Shown here: piece by piece, positions 51,681-61,107 of the stretch
Layout: the number at the start of each line of letters is the position of its first letter
Position numbering within the stretch: the stretch's first letter is position 1
Assembly (NCBI GenBank): GCA_038745065.1
Contig: JBCDLT010000013.1
Span: 22,790 to 86,789 of the forward strand
Source: Pseudomonadota bacterium
GTDB taxonomy: Bacteria; Pseudomonadota; Alphaproteobacteria; Rhizobiales; JANQQB01
Length of the DNA stretch: 64,000 nt
Direction: 5' to 3'
Translations under genes and position numbers: made by a program
Notes under the pieces: model-generated
Databases searched by the model: none
The model's input: the letters and a program-made list of their open reading frames with translations, nothing else
Told to the model about the DNA's origin: nothing

Positions 51681-52619
51681 CTAAAACCAGACACCGGTCC
51701 GATGCCAGCGCGGCCGCCCGACGATTATGGGACCGGAGAACCCCGGCTCCGCGATCACTGTTTCCGGGACGGGTTGCCGGGGCACAAGGGCGGAAAGCCG
51801 CCTGATCCGCTCTTCCGTTGGCGGATGCGTGCGCAACAGCGACGGGTCGGGCGTGCGCTGGACCGGCATGAAGATGCTGGCCCATAGCCCGCCGGGCCGT
51901 CCAGCGATCTTTTCCAGCGCCGAGGCAAGACCCGCCGGATCGCCGGTCAGGCGTGCCGCCGTCAGGTCGGCGTCGAACTCCCGTGACCGGGAAAGTCCCA
52001 ATTGCATCAGGCTGATCACCGTTGGCGAGAGAATCATGACGGCGATGGCCAGCCACGAAACCGGCGCCACGCCCATGAGCACGAGCGGCAGGTTCAGCAT
52101 GAGCAGGACCAAACCGACGAAGCAGGCCAGCCCGGTCATCCGCGCCATCACGTCGGCCAGGCTCATCAGCCAGAGATCGCGATTGGCGACATGGCTGACT
52201 TCATGGGCCAGCACGCCGAAGAGTTCGCGCCGATTGAGACGGCGCAGCAATCCGTCGCTGACGGCAATTGCGCTGTCATGGGCGGAACCGACCGCAAAAG
52301 CATTGGGCACCGAGCTTGGAATGTAAAACAACGCGGGAACCCGCGGCAGTTCGGCATCGCGCGCAAGCTGACGCACCATGCCGATCCCGGCGGGAAAGGA
52401 CTGCTCCGACACCGGTCGCGCGCGATACAGCGCAAGCGTCCAGCTCTTGGGTGCGCGCGGCGCGATCGCCAATCCGAAGCCGATACCGGCGAGCGCCCAC
52501 AATCCCGCAGCCGGGCCGATGCTGGCGGCAATGCTGATCCACGTGATCAGCGCCATCCCGCCCAGAAGCAAGGCGGAATGCACGAAATTGCGCAGGCGGT
52601 GATCAGCAAGCGGTGTCAT
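51681..52619 (-). CDS. M48 family zinc metalloprotease (HtpX-like)
   Basis: HEVSHVANRD (HExxH) between TM segments. Internal ATG (codon 74 of ORF 51681..52838). Confidence 0.8.
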   Translation of the reverse strand: MTPLADHRLRNFVHSALLLGGMALITWISIAASIGPAAGLWALAGIGFGLAIAPRAPKSWTLALYRARPVSEQSFPAGIGMVRQLARDAELPRVPALFYIPSSVPNAFAVGSAHDSAIAVSDGLLRRLNRRELFGVLAHEVSHVANRDLWLMSLADVMARMTGLACFVGLVLLMLNLPLVLMGVAPVSWLAIAVMILSPTVISLMQLGLSRSREFDADLTAARLTGDPAGLASALEKIAGRPGGLWASIFMPVQRTPDPSLLRTHPPTEERIRRLSALVPRQPVPETVIAEPGFSGPIIVGRPRWHRTGVWF

Positions 52620-52755
52620 ACTCAAAGGTCGAAAGAGCTCTAGGGAAACGGTGTTCTGGACGACCGAATATAGGGTCGAACCGCCGTTCTTTTGAGAGGA
52701 CGTCCAGAAAGCGCCGCAACCCAACGGGCACAGGACACGCGACGGCAATTGCGTT

Positions 52756-53409
52756 TCACAGGCCCCGAACAATCTCCGGAAGGTCCTCGAAGCGGTCGAA
52801 GACGGCGTGCGCGCCGGCCTCTTCCAGCATGGCCGCATGATCGGCCGCGCAATGCGATCCGCCGAAAAACCCGAGCACCGGCATATCCGCCGCGCGAGCC
52901 GCCCTCACCCCGGCCAGACTGTCCTCCACGACGACACAGGTGCCAGCCTGCATTGATTCCGCGGCATGCAAAAACAGATCAGGCGCCGGCTTGCCCCGGT
53001 CGACAAGCACAGCGGAATACACATGCGGGTAGAAATGATCGAACAGGCCGGATTCGATCAGGCCGAGGCACAGTTTCACCGGCGCACTGCTCGACGCGAC
53101 ACAGAACCGCCAGGGCAAGGCCTCGATCGTCCGCGCCACGCCAGGTATGGCACACAGATCGGACCGGAAACGCGCCACGATCCGATCCTCCACGTGGTTG
53201 GTAAACCCTTCCGGCAATGCGCGGCCCAGTTCGGCTTCGATCACCGCGTACATGTCCGGCGCCGGCACGCCGCAAAATCGCCGGGCGATCTCCTCCTTCG
53301 TGGTCGTAAAACCGATCCGGTTGAGTTCTTCCGCCTCCACGGCGCAGGCAATCGTCTCACTGTCGATGAGCACGCCGTCGCAATCGAAAATGACCAGATC
53401 CGGGTTCAT
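52756..53409 (-). CDS. HAD-superfamily hydrolase (phosphatase / beta-phosphoglucomutase-like)
   Basis: DLVIFDCDGVLIDSE motif I; VVVEDSLAGVRAA motif. Confidence 0.85.
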   Translation of the reverse strand: MNPDLVIFDCDGVLIDSETIACAVEAEELNRIGFTTTKEEIARRFCGVPAPDMYAVIEAELGRALPEGFTNHVEDRIVARFRSDLCAIPGVARTIEALPWRFCVASSSAPVKLCLGLIESGLFDHFYPHVYSAVLVDRGKPAPDLFLHAAESMQAGTCVVVEDSLAGVRAARAADMPVLGFFGGSHCAADHAAMLEEAGAHAVFDRFEDLPEIVRGL

Positions 53410-53652
53410 GACCGGTCGAGCCCGAGTGGATTGGTCGGGGCGTTTCGATCTTCGGCATCGACGATTACGGCTCGGCGCAACGCTCCAAGGGCCCTGCCGG
53501 GCAAGGATTGACCGAATGTCATGACCAACCGACCACGGCGCATTTCCTGTCCAAGACCACGATCATCGCTCCCTTCAGCCGCCGGCGGGCCCGGCAAACG
53601 CGCCGTACATACCGTGCCGGCGGACGCAGGCCAACAGGGAACCGGATTCGAG

Positions 53653-53672
53653 CGCGTCTCTATCGAGACGCG
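53653..53672. promoter_or_regulatory. 8-bp perfect inverted repeat in the HAD/ADH divergent region
   Basis: CGCGTCTC-tatc-GAGACGCG, about 20 nt upstream of a TTGACA hexamer (53695-53700). Confidence 0.3.
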
Positions 53673-53782
53673 AGGCGCTGCATGTCGTCGAGGCTTGACA
53701 CTTGCCTGTTTTTTGGGCGTGACTTCCAGCGAACGCCAACGACGTGCGTTCAGTTTTGATGATGCGGACGGACTTAACAAGA

Positions 53783-54919
53783 ATGCCCAACACTCCGACG
53801 ACGCCGGTCGTCCGCGAAGCCGACAACGTCGGGCGTTCCGCCTACGTCGTGCCCAAAACCGCCAGCCGTGCCGTCGTCTGTCTTGGCGGCAGTGCCACTC
53901 GGCTGCGGATGCAGGAATATCCGGAACCCGGCCCCGGCGAAATTCTGCTGGCAATGGTCAAGTCCGGGTTGTGCGGGACCGATCTCTTTAAACTTCAGAC
54001 CGGCTCAGCGCCGACGGACGGCGTCCTTGGCCATGAGATAGTTGGAAAGGTTGCAGCCATCGGCCCCGGCGTCGATCGCTTTTCGAAAGGCGATCGCATA
54101 GTGGTCCCGCATCACGTCGCCTGCGGCAGCTGTCTTTTGTGTCAGCGCGGCAACGAGACCATGTGTCCGGAGTTCAAGATCAATCTGATGTCGCCGGGCG
54201 GTTTTGCCGACCATATCCTGATTGCCGCTCGTGCCGTATCCCGCGCCGCCTTTCTGATTCCGGACCATATCAGCGACGAACAGGCGGTCTTCGTGGAACC
54301 GGCGGCGTGCGTCCTGCGCGGTGTCGAGCGATCCGGGATCGGGCCCGATGGTCGAGCCGCGATCCTCGGCAGCGGCAGCATGGGATTGCTGCACCTGCTT
54401 GTGCTCAAGGCCGCGTTCCCGGCCTGCAGGGTGCTGGTCGTCGACCCGGAACCGGGACGGCTGGATCTTGCGACGCGGCTTGGCGCTGACGCCGTTGCCG
54501 CACCGGGCGCTGCAACGTCAAAAGCCGGTATGCACCTGACGAGCGGCGCCGGACTGGACGCGGTCTTCGATACGGTCGGCGGCAACGCCACGCTTGAAGC
54601 CGGCCTGGATCTGCTGAGGCCCGGCGGCACCGTGGTGCTGTTTGCCCATGCCGGCGACGGCGAAGCCGCCCAATTCGATCTCAATGCCCTGTTCAAGGCC
54701 GAAAAAAGGATCGTTGCCACATATTCCGGCGGCCTTGCCGAACAAAAGCGCGTCTTCGATATGATCTGTACCGGCGACCTCGATCCGACTGCGTTGGTCA
54801 CCCACACCCTTCCGCTTGACCATTTCCAGCACGGCGTCGATCTCACACGCCGGCGCGAGGCCCTGAAAGTGCTCTATACACCTTCGCTCGCCGACCCAAT
54901 CGGCGAGGTGCCGGCATGA
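53783..54919 (+). CDS. zinc-dependent alcohol dehydrogenase family (MDR) protein 1
   Basis: CGTDL...GHEIVG catalytic Zn ligands. Structural Zn loop CGSCLLCQRGNETMC. Start uncertain (53744 GTG or 53783 ATG; no SD at either). Confidence 0.8.
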   Translation: MPNTPTTPVVREADNVGRSAYVVPKTASRAVVCLGGSATRLRMQEYPEPGPGEILLAMVKSGLCGTDLFKLQTGSAPTDGVLGHEIVGKVAAIGPGVDRFSKGDRIVVPHHVACGSCLLCQRGNETMCPEFKINLMSPGGFADHILIAARAVSRAAFLIPDHISDEQAVFVEPAACVLRGVERSGIGPDGRAAILGSGSMGLLHLLVLKAAFPACRVLVVDPEPGRLDLATRLGADAVAAPGAATSKAGMHLTSGAGLDAVFDTVGGNATLEAGLDLLRPGGTVVLFAHAGDGEAAQFDLNALFKAEKRIVATYSGGLAEQKRVFDMICTGDLDPTALVTHTLPLDHFQHGVDLTRRREALKVLYTPSLADPIGEVPA

Positions 54920-55992
54920 ATGTCCTGCCGGCCACCATGCGCGGCGCCGTTCTGCTCGGACCGGAAGACATCGAGGTTCGGGACGTTCCGGTTCCGCACC
55001 CCGCCGACGGCGAGATCCTGCTCAAGGTCGAAGCCGCGACGACCTGCGGCACCGACGTCAAGGTCTTCCGGCGCGGCGGCCATCCGCGCATGCTTCAGGT
55101 CCCGACGCTGTTCGGCCACGAAATGGCCGGTATCGTCGCCGCGACCGGTCCCGGCGTTTCCGGTCTTTCGGATGGCGATCGCGTCGTCGTTGCCAATTCG
55201 GCACCGTGCGGTACCTGCGACCTGTGCCTCCGCGGGCGCGAAAACCTGTGTGAGGATCTGCACTACCTGAACGGCGCTTTTGCGGAATACATGCTGGTGC
55301 CGCGCCGTTTCGTGGAGCGCAATACTTACGTCCTGCCGGACACGCTTTCCTATGAAAAAGCAGCGCTGACGGAGCCGCTTGCCTGTGTCCTGCACGGCAT
55401 CGATGCCTGCGAACTGGATATGTATGGTCGGCTGGGTCCCGTCGAGATCGTGGTCTTCGGCGGCGGACCGATCGGCCAATTGTTCGTCGCCGCCCTTAAC
55501 TCGATGGGCCACCGGGTCATTCTGGCCGATCCCAATCCTGAACGGCTTGCTGCCGCCCGGGATCTCGGCGCTGCCGAGACCGTCGAGATCGACCGCGGCG
55601 GCGGCCAGGCCGACGCGGTGCGCAGCCGGACCGAGGGCAATCGCGGCGCCTGGATCGCCATCGACGCGACCGGTGTGCCCGGCGTCTGGCTCGACGCCAT
55701 TTCCGCCGTCAGGCCCGGCGGCCTGGTCAATCTGTTCGGCGGGTGCGCGCCGGGAACGACGATCCCGCTCGACACCCATCTGGTGCATTACAGCGAACTG
55801 ACCATCAAGGGCGTCTATCACCACCGGCCCGACACGGTGCGGCGGGCGCTGGCATTGCTGGCGAAAGCCGAGTTTCGCGCCGACCGCCTGATCACCGGCG
55901 AGCGCTCGATCGACGGTGTCGAGGACGCGTTGCGCAGCATGATGCGCAAGGATGCGCTGAAGGTCGTGATCCGGAACGGTGCTGCGGGCTGA
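54916..55992 (+). CDS. zinc-dependent alcohol dehydrogenase family (MDR) protein 2
   Basis: CGTDV...GHEMAG; CGTCDLCLRGRENLC; GGGPIGQ Rossmann motif. ATGA overlap with ADH 1. Confidence 0.85.
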   Translation: MNVLPATMRGAVLLGPEDIEVRDVPVPHPADGEILLKVEAATTCGTDVKVFRRGGHPRMLQVPTLFGHEMAGIVAATGPGVSGLSDGDRVVVANSAPCGTCDLCLRGRENLCEDLHYLNGAFAEYMLVPRRFVERNTYVLPDTLSYEKAALTEPLACVLHGIDACELDMYGRLGPVEIVVFGGGPIGQLFVAALNSMGHRVILADPNPERLAAARDLGAAETVEIDRGGGQADAVRSRTEGNRGAWIAIDATGVPGVWLDAISAVRPGGLVNLFGGCAPGTTIPLDTHLVHYSELTIKGVYHHRPDTVRRALALLAKAEFRADRLITGERSIDGVEDALRSMMRKDALKVVIRNGAAG

Positions 55993-56006
55993 CGGAATCG
56001 ATCCGC

Positions 56007-56399
56007 TCACAAAACGGAGTGAACCGCGTCAATGATGCGGACGGCGGCATCGTCGAGCTTTTCAAACGTCAGATCCGCGGTATTGATCGACAGGCTGCGC
56101 GGCCGTCGACGGCCCTCCACGTCGATCAGCGTGTTGTAACCGGACTTCGTGAACGTAACCGTCACATCGACCGGTTCGGGGTTGTCGAGCGCCTCGGCCG
56201 CGGCGCGTGCAGCGGCTTGGTCTGCCGGTCGCAAAAAGCCGAACATGCCAAGCAGAACTTCAGTCCGGATGGCCGAATCCGTCTGATCGGATCGATCGTA
56301 CCAGATGGCGTTCGGGAAATGGGCAAACGCCTCTGTCAGAAACGCGCCGAGAAGGGGAGAATCCCCCTCGACCGCAATCGAAAACTGACTTTTCTCCAT
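56007..56399 (-). CDS. hypothetical protein (no family recognised)
   Basis: Last ORF of the MarR-led operon. Start taken at codon 18 (MEKSQFSIAVEG...). Coding status is inferred only from position and length. Confidence 0.4.
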   Translation of the reverse strand: MEKSQFSIAVEGDSPLLGAFLTEAFAHFPNAIWYDRSDQTDSAIRTEVLLGMFGFLRPADQAAARAAAEALDNPEPVDVTVTFTKSGYNTLIDVEGRRRPRSLSINTADLTFEKLDDAAVRIIDAVHSVL

Positions 56400-56471
56400 C
56401 GCGCCCCCTTCGCCCGGTGCGATGGTAGATCTGACGAGGTCGGGGAGCAATCGGTCGTTTGCCGGGATGGT

Positions 56472-57878
56472 TTATGCCGAATTCCGGAAACCATCATACA
56501 TGGTCGGGTTCTGGGCGCCGAGGAGGCGCAACAGCGCCACCCAGGCGGCAGTCCCGTCATCGATTGCTGAAAGGCGAAAGAATTCGTTGGGTGCGTGGAA
56601 ATCTTCGTCGGCTGTCGAAAACGACAACATGACGGTATCGAGACCCATGGTACTTTTGACGATATCTGAAAGCGGCAAGGTTCCGCCGGTACGCACATGG
56701 ATCGGGGTCGCCCCGAGCGCCGTCTCGACGGCTGCTCCGGCAGCTCTCAGCAGGGGATGCGCCGGCGGCACCAGATAGGCCGCAACGCCGCCTGGATCGA
56801 GTTCGACGGTAAGGTTTACGCCCGCCCGGCAATGCAGGCGCAGGTGGGCCTCCAGTTTGCGGCCGATATCGGCCGGATCCTGTCCCGGCACCAGGCGCGT
56901 GGTCAGCTTTGCGAACGCCTCGCACGGGGTCACCGTCTTGGATCCCTCGCCCGTATAACCGCCCCACAGACCATTGATCTCCAGTGTCGGGCGCGTCCAA
57001 AGCCGCTCCAGGGTCGAGCGGTCCGGCTCGCCGAATGCCGCGCCGCCGGTCTCGGCAAGGAAGCCTGTTTCGTCGAAGGGAATGGCCGCCATCAGACGAC
57101 GCTGCTCGGCGTCCGGTTCGATGACATCGTCGTAGTAACCGGCAACCGCGACCGACCCGTCCGGCGCATGCAGCGTTGCCAGCAACGCAACCAGTTCGTG
57201 CAGCGCGTTGCGAACGGCTCCGCCGAACCGGCCTGAATGCAGGTCCTTGCGAGCCGTCCGCAAGGCGATTTCACACCGCGAATTGCCACGTGAGCCGACA
57301 TTGAGGCTCGCCAGATCCGCCCGCCATCGCGCGCCGTCGGCGGAAATCACGGCATCGGCGGCGAGCCGGTCACGATACTTGACGAGCATGGCCTCCAGGG
57401 TCGCGCTGCCGACTTCTTCCTCGCCTTCCAGCAGGATCCGGACATTGATTGGCAGTCTTCCCTCAACGGCAAGAAACGCAGCCAGCGTTTCCAGGGCGAT
57501 CGAGGCCGGTCCCTTGTCGTCCGACACGCCGCGCCCGTAGAGCCTACCGTCGCGGATTTCCGGTTCAAAGGGCGGCGAGGTCCACAATGCCAGCGGATCG
57601 GGCGGCTGCACGTCGTAATGACCGTAGACGATGAAAGTCGGCGCTTCCGGCGCCTTCAGCCACTCGGCGTAAACAGCCGGATGCCCGCCGGCTTCCAGCA
57701 GGCCGACATTCTCCAACCCGGACTGGGCGAGCCGCGTCATGAGCAGGTCCCGGGCGGTTTCCATGCCGATCGCATAGGCGCTGTCGGTGCTGACGGAGGG
57801 CGCCGCCACGAGTTCCTTCAATCGGTCAATGATGCCGTCGCGATCGGCCGCCAGATGCGCGAGCACCGGATCCTTCAT
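56472..57878 (-). CDS. M20 family dipeptidase / amidohydrolase
   Basis: FIVYGHYDVQPPDP and GRGVSDDKG motifs. 468 aa. Confidence 0.85.
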   Translation of the reverse strand: MKDPVLAHLAADRDGIIDRLKELVAAPSVSTDSAYAIGMETARDLLMTRLAQSGLENVGLLEAGGHPAVYAEWLKAPEAPTFIVYGHYDVQPPDPLALWTSPPFEPEIRDGRLYGRGVSDDKGPASIALETLAAFLAVEGRLPINVRILLEGEEEVGSATLEAMLVKYRDRLAADAVISADGARWRADLASLNVGSRGNSRCEIALRTARKDLHSGRFGGAVRNALHELVALLATLHAPDGSVAVAGYYDDVIEPDAEQRRLMAAIPFDETGFLAETGGAAFGEPDRSTLERLWTRPTLEINGLWGGYTGEGSKTVTPCEAFAKLTTRLVPGQDPADIGRKLEAHLRLHCRAGVNLTVELDPGGVAAYLVPPAHPLLRAAGAAVETALGATPIHVRTGGTLPLSDIVKSTMGLDTVMLSFSTADEDFHAPNEFFRLSAIDDGTAAWVALLRLLGAQNPTMYDGFRNSA

Positions 57879-58630
57879 GACCGCCCCCCATCGACCGACA
57901 GGACCTGACCGGAGATCCAGCCGGCCTGCTCGGAAGCCAGGAACAGGGTCGCCGACGCGATGTCCTGAGCCGTGCCGAGCCGCTTCAGATGAATTGAGTC
58001 AATCAGCTGACTTTGCCTTTCCGCGCCCATTGCCTGCCATTGTCGTTCGGTTGTCGGGTTCGACCGGACAAAGCCCGGCGCCACCGCGTTCACGGTAATG
58101 CCGTCGGGACCCAGCTCCCACGAAAGCTGACGCACCAGCCCGACCAGCGCGTGTTTTGCAGCCGTATAGGCTTGAATACCGGTCAGCGACGGACGCAGAC
58201 CGGCGCCAGAAGCGATCGCAATGAACCGGCCGCCACCGTGTTGCCGCATCAACGGCGCGGTCGCCTGGGCAAGCCAGAATGCGCCATCGACATTGGCGGC
58301 AAAGATCGTCTGCCAGGACGCCGGATCGATCTCCTCGATCGGCCGTCCGGCCTGGCCGCGCGTGCCGCCTGCGGCATGCACGACGATATCGGGAATGCCA
58401 TGATCCGCCGCGATCCGGCTCACCATGTCCTGCACGCCGGCACGCTCGCCAAGATCGACGACGACACCGGGAACGCCAAGGGATTCTGCCGTTCCGGCCA
58501 GCCCCTCCGCGTCGATGTCGGCGAGCACCACGCGGGCGCCCGACCGGAGGAATTCGGTCGCGATTGCACGACCGATGCCCTGTGCGGCTCCTGTCACCAG
58601 CGCGAGACGGCCGTTGAAGGTCAGGTGCAT
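57875..58630 (-). CDS. SDR family oxidoreductase
   Basis: TGAAQGIGRA (TGxxxGxG), YTAAKHA (YxxxK). ATGA overlap with the M20 gene. Confidence 0.9.
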   Translation of the reverse strand: MHLTFNGRLALVTGAAQGIGRAIATEFLRSGARVVLADIDAEGLAGTAESLGVPGVVVDLGERAGVQDMVSRIAADHGIPDIVVHAAGGTRGQAGRPIEEIDPASWQTIFAANVDGAFWLAQATAPLMRQHGGGRFIAIASGAGLRPSLTGIQAYTAAKHALVGLVRQLSWELGPDGITVNAVAPGFVRSNPTTERQWQAMGAERQSQLIDSIHLKRLGTAQDIASATLFLASEQAGWISGQVLSVDGGRS

Positions 58631-59640
58631 TGCTCGATCAGGATCTGCAGCGTCTCTCGCGACTGGACGCGCCGACCATCCTCGATGTCATGGATCAGTT
58701 CTGCAAGACATGCGAGCGCCGGCGTCTTGTGACCGGCTTCGGCGGCGAGCCGGACCACGACGCCGATCTGCGCATCGACCTCGGTCTTGCGCTTGCGCAC
58801 CGCCAGATCGCGCCAGATGCCGGAATGGGTCTTTGCCGTATGCCGGTTGAACTCGGCAAGGGCGGCAATCGAGGCGTCGGCCGCTTCGTCGCCGGCACCT
58901 GGCATGAAGGCCTGCGGATCGAAACCGTTGAAGCCCTTCGGATCGACGCCGCGCGCCGCGGCAAGGGCCATGACCTCGCGGCCAAGCGCCCGCCACGCGA
59001 TCGTTCGCTCCGGATCGGCGAAGTTGTCAGCCATGGAATCCGGAGTAAGCGCCGTCCCGAACAGCATCGCGCCATAGCCGAGCTTGCCCCAGAGATAGGC
59101 CCAGATGTCCTCTGTCAGGACGGCCTCCGGTTCGAATACCGAAAGCAGACGGTGCGTGTCGCGGGTACGGTCGCGAAGCGATCCATCGATCTCGCCGACG
59201 ACGACGGCACCGCGATTGCCGAAGAGGATTTCTCCCGGGCCGTGCCAGTCGGCGCCGAAATTGATGAAGGCGCCCATCGTGCGTTCCGCGCCGACCGCCG
59301 CCGCAATTTCGAGTTCGTTGAGACCGTTCTGCAGCGACAACACGAAGCCGTCATCGGCCACATGCGGTGCAAGACGGGCAAGGGCTTGCTCCGTATGCTG
59401 CGCTTTCACCGCCAGAAAGATGCGCGAATACGTACCGGAAACCTCGGTCGGTTCCAGCGCGGGCACGACCTGTGTGAACGACTCTACCGGGCCGGTGATC
59501 GCAAGCCCGTCGGCACGACACCGGTGCACGTGGTCAGGTACGATATCGACGAGGCAGACATCGTGCCCGGCCCGCGCCCAATAGGCACCGAGCGTGCCGC
59601 CGATGGCGCCCGCTCCCCAGATCAGGATCGGATCGGCCAT
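58621..59640 (-). CDS. ketopantoate reductase (ApbA/PanE) family oxidoreductase
   Basis: ILIWGAGAIGGTLG N-terminal dinucleotide fold. 339 aa. Confidence 0.75.
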   Translation of the reverse strand: MADPILIWGAGAIGGTLGAYWARAGHDVCLVDIVPDHVHRCRADGLAITGPVESFTQVVPALEPTEVSGTYSRIFLAVKAQHTEQALARLAPHVADDGFVLSLQNGLNELEIAAAVGAERTMGAFINFGADWHGPGEILFGNRGAVVVGEIDGSLRDRTRDTHRLLSVFEPEAVLTEDIWAYLWGKLGYGAMLFGTALTPDSMADNFADPERTIAWRALGREVMALAAARGVDPKGFNGFDPQAFMPGAGDEAADASIAALAEFNRHTAKTHSGIWRDLAVRKRKTEVDAQIGVVVRLAAEAGHKTPALACLAELIHDIEDGRRVQSRETLQILIEQCT

Positions 59641-60338
59641 GGATCCTCCAGGGCCTCGCGCACCTCCTGCACGCCGATCTGCCAGACCGCGTCCATATCG
59701 GAATCCGGTTTCTGGTAATCGCCGCCGAATGCACCGTCTCCCAACAGGGTCCGCACCTTTTCGGGCGCGGCCGCCTTTAGCGATCCGAGATCAGGCGTCG
59801 GTTTGGGCGGGTCCGGGGTCGGTGCGGGCGCATGGGCAAGCCGTGTCCAGGCGAAATTCTCCATCCAGTTGGCATGACTGCCGGAAGGATCGATTTCCTG
59901 CACCTTGGCCATCGTCCGCGGCGCGTTCCACCAATTGTGGAACTTGATCGAAAGCGCGGGATGATCGAGCAGCAATTCCGTTGCCAGCGCCCCCACCGGC
60001 GCGTTTCCGCCGTGGCCGTTGACCATAAGGATCCGGCGAAACCCGGTGCGGGCCAGAGAAGCGATGACATCGCGGACCACGGCAAGCAGGGTTTCGACCC
60101 GCAGCGTCACCGTGCCCGGATAGGCTGAAAAATAGGGCGCCAAACCATAGGGCATGACCGGATAGACAGGGATGCCGAGCGGCTCGGCCGCATCGACGGA
60201 GACTTTTTCAGCCAGGATCGCATCCACGCACAGCGACAATTGCGCATGCTGTTCAGTGGACCCGATCGGCAGGATGCAGCGATCGTCGGCCGCCACCTGT
60301 CTTTCGACATCCATCCAGTTCATGTCGCGGATATGCAT
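59622..60338 (-). CDS. creatininase (creatinine amidohydrolase) family protein, copy 2
   Basis: ILPIGSTEQHAQ and LMVNGHGGN motifs. Confidence 0.8.
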   Translation of the reverse strand: MHIRDMNWMDVERQVAADDRCILPIGSTEQHAQLSLCVDAILAEKVSVDAAEPLGIPVYPVMPYGLAPYFSAYPGTVTLRVETLLAVVRDVIASLARTGFRRILMVNGHGGNAPVGALATELLLDHPALSIKFHNWWNAPRTMAKVQEIDPSGSHANWMENFAWTRLAHAPAPTPDPPKPTPDLGSLKAAAPEKVRTLLGDGAFGGDYQKPDSDMDAVWQIGVQEVREALEDPWPIRS

Positions 60339-60344
60339 GATGTT

Positions 60345-60932
60345 TCAATCCGTTGCGGCAAGGTGGCCCGTCGGAACGGGTTTGGGATCGATCGCATCCG
60401 GCCAGTCCGGCGAGGCGTGCACGAGCTTGGCCATCAGCCGGGACAAGGTTTCGCATTCCCGTTCCGTCAGAGCTTTGAGCATCATCTGTTCGAAATCGAC
60501 GAATTGCGGCAGCGCCTCATCGAAGAGCGTCCGGCCGGACGGGGTCAAGGTAAGCACGACACGCCGCCGGTCTTCCGGGTCGGCCTGGCGGTCGATCAGT
60601 CCGAGACCGACCAGTTTGTGAATAGCCCGGCTCAACGTGTTCTGCGGAAACCCGGAAGAAATTGCGATATCGCGCGCCACGGCCCCGTCCTTCAGCCCGA
60701 GCGAGAAGATGACGACGAATTCCGGCCGCGACAGGCCGTAGGTGCGCTCGACCCAGGAATAGAGCGGCACGTTGTAGCGCAGCGCCAGATAGTTCAGCCG
60801 ATAGGTCAGCCAGCAGGGATTGTGCCACAGCTTGGCTTCCGTCATGGCGTCCAAACGCCCTACCGCAGCCTCGCCTTCGTCCGGCAATCCTGTGATCGAC
60901 GGGCGGTCGATCGTCTTCGTCTGAGAGCGCAT
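60345..60932 (-). CDS. MarR family transcriptional regulator
   Basis: wHTH region GLSRPEFVVIFSL....AVARDIAISSGFPQNTLSRAIHKLVGLGLIDRQADPEDRRRVVLTLTPSG. Start at codon 16 of ORF 60345..60977. Confidence 0.8.
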   Translation of the reverse strand: MRSQTKTIDRPSITGLPDEGEAAVGRLDAMTEAKLWHNPCWLTYRLNYLALRYNVPLYSWVERTYGLSRPEFVVIFSLGLKDGAVARDIAISSGFPQNTLSRAIHKLVGLGLIDRQADPEDRRRVVLTLTPSGRTLFDEALPQFVDFEQMMLKALTERECETLSRLMAKLVHASPDWPDAIDPKPVPTGHLAATD

Positions 60933-60962
60933 GCGGGCCGTTTCCAAAGCCAAATTATGTCT

Positions 60963-61029
60963 TGACGCCGTCAGCATGGACCATCATTCTGACGGATACA
61001 AGTTCCGAATGGAAATAATCCAAATGGAT
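60963..61029. promoter_or_regulatory. two short palindromes in the MarR / Dpp-type SBP divergent region (candidate MarR sites)
   Basis: TGACGcCGTCA (60963-60973) and ATCCAaaTGGAT (61018-61029). Confidence 0.3.
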
Positions 61030-61107
61030 GTATTGACCGAAACGGGACACCGCTCCGATGCGGTCGAAAAGACTGATTGGCTTACAAAGACAGGGGAACT
61101 CCACGCT

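Noticed and set aside
50372-51694. 440-aa minus-strand ORF covering the pqqA region and the DMT gene.
   Set aside because: It is antisense to a convincing 10-TM DMT transporter and has a low-complexity basic translation. The real minus-strand gene here is the 31-codon pqqA, in a different frame.
52655-52710. tRNA-like GGTTCGACC T-loop motif (minus strand, plus-strand coordinates about 52673-52682) flanked by a 7-bp inverted repeat CTGGACG/CGTCCAG.
   Set aside because: The flanking bases cannot form a 5-bp T-stem, and no acceptor or anticodon arms can be drawn. I treat it as a chance match within the HAD-M48 intergenic spacer.
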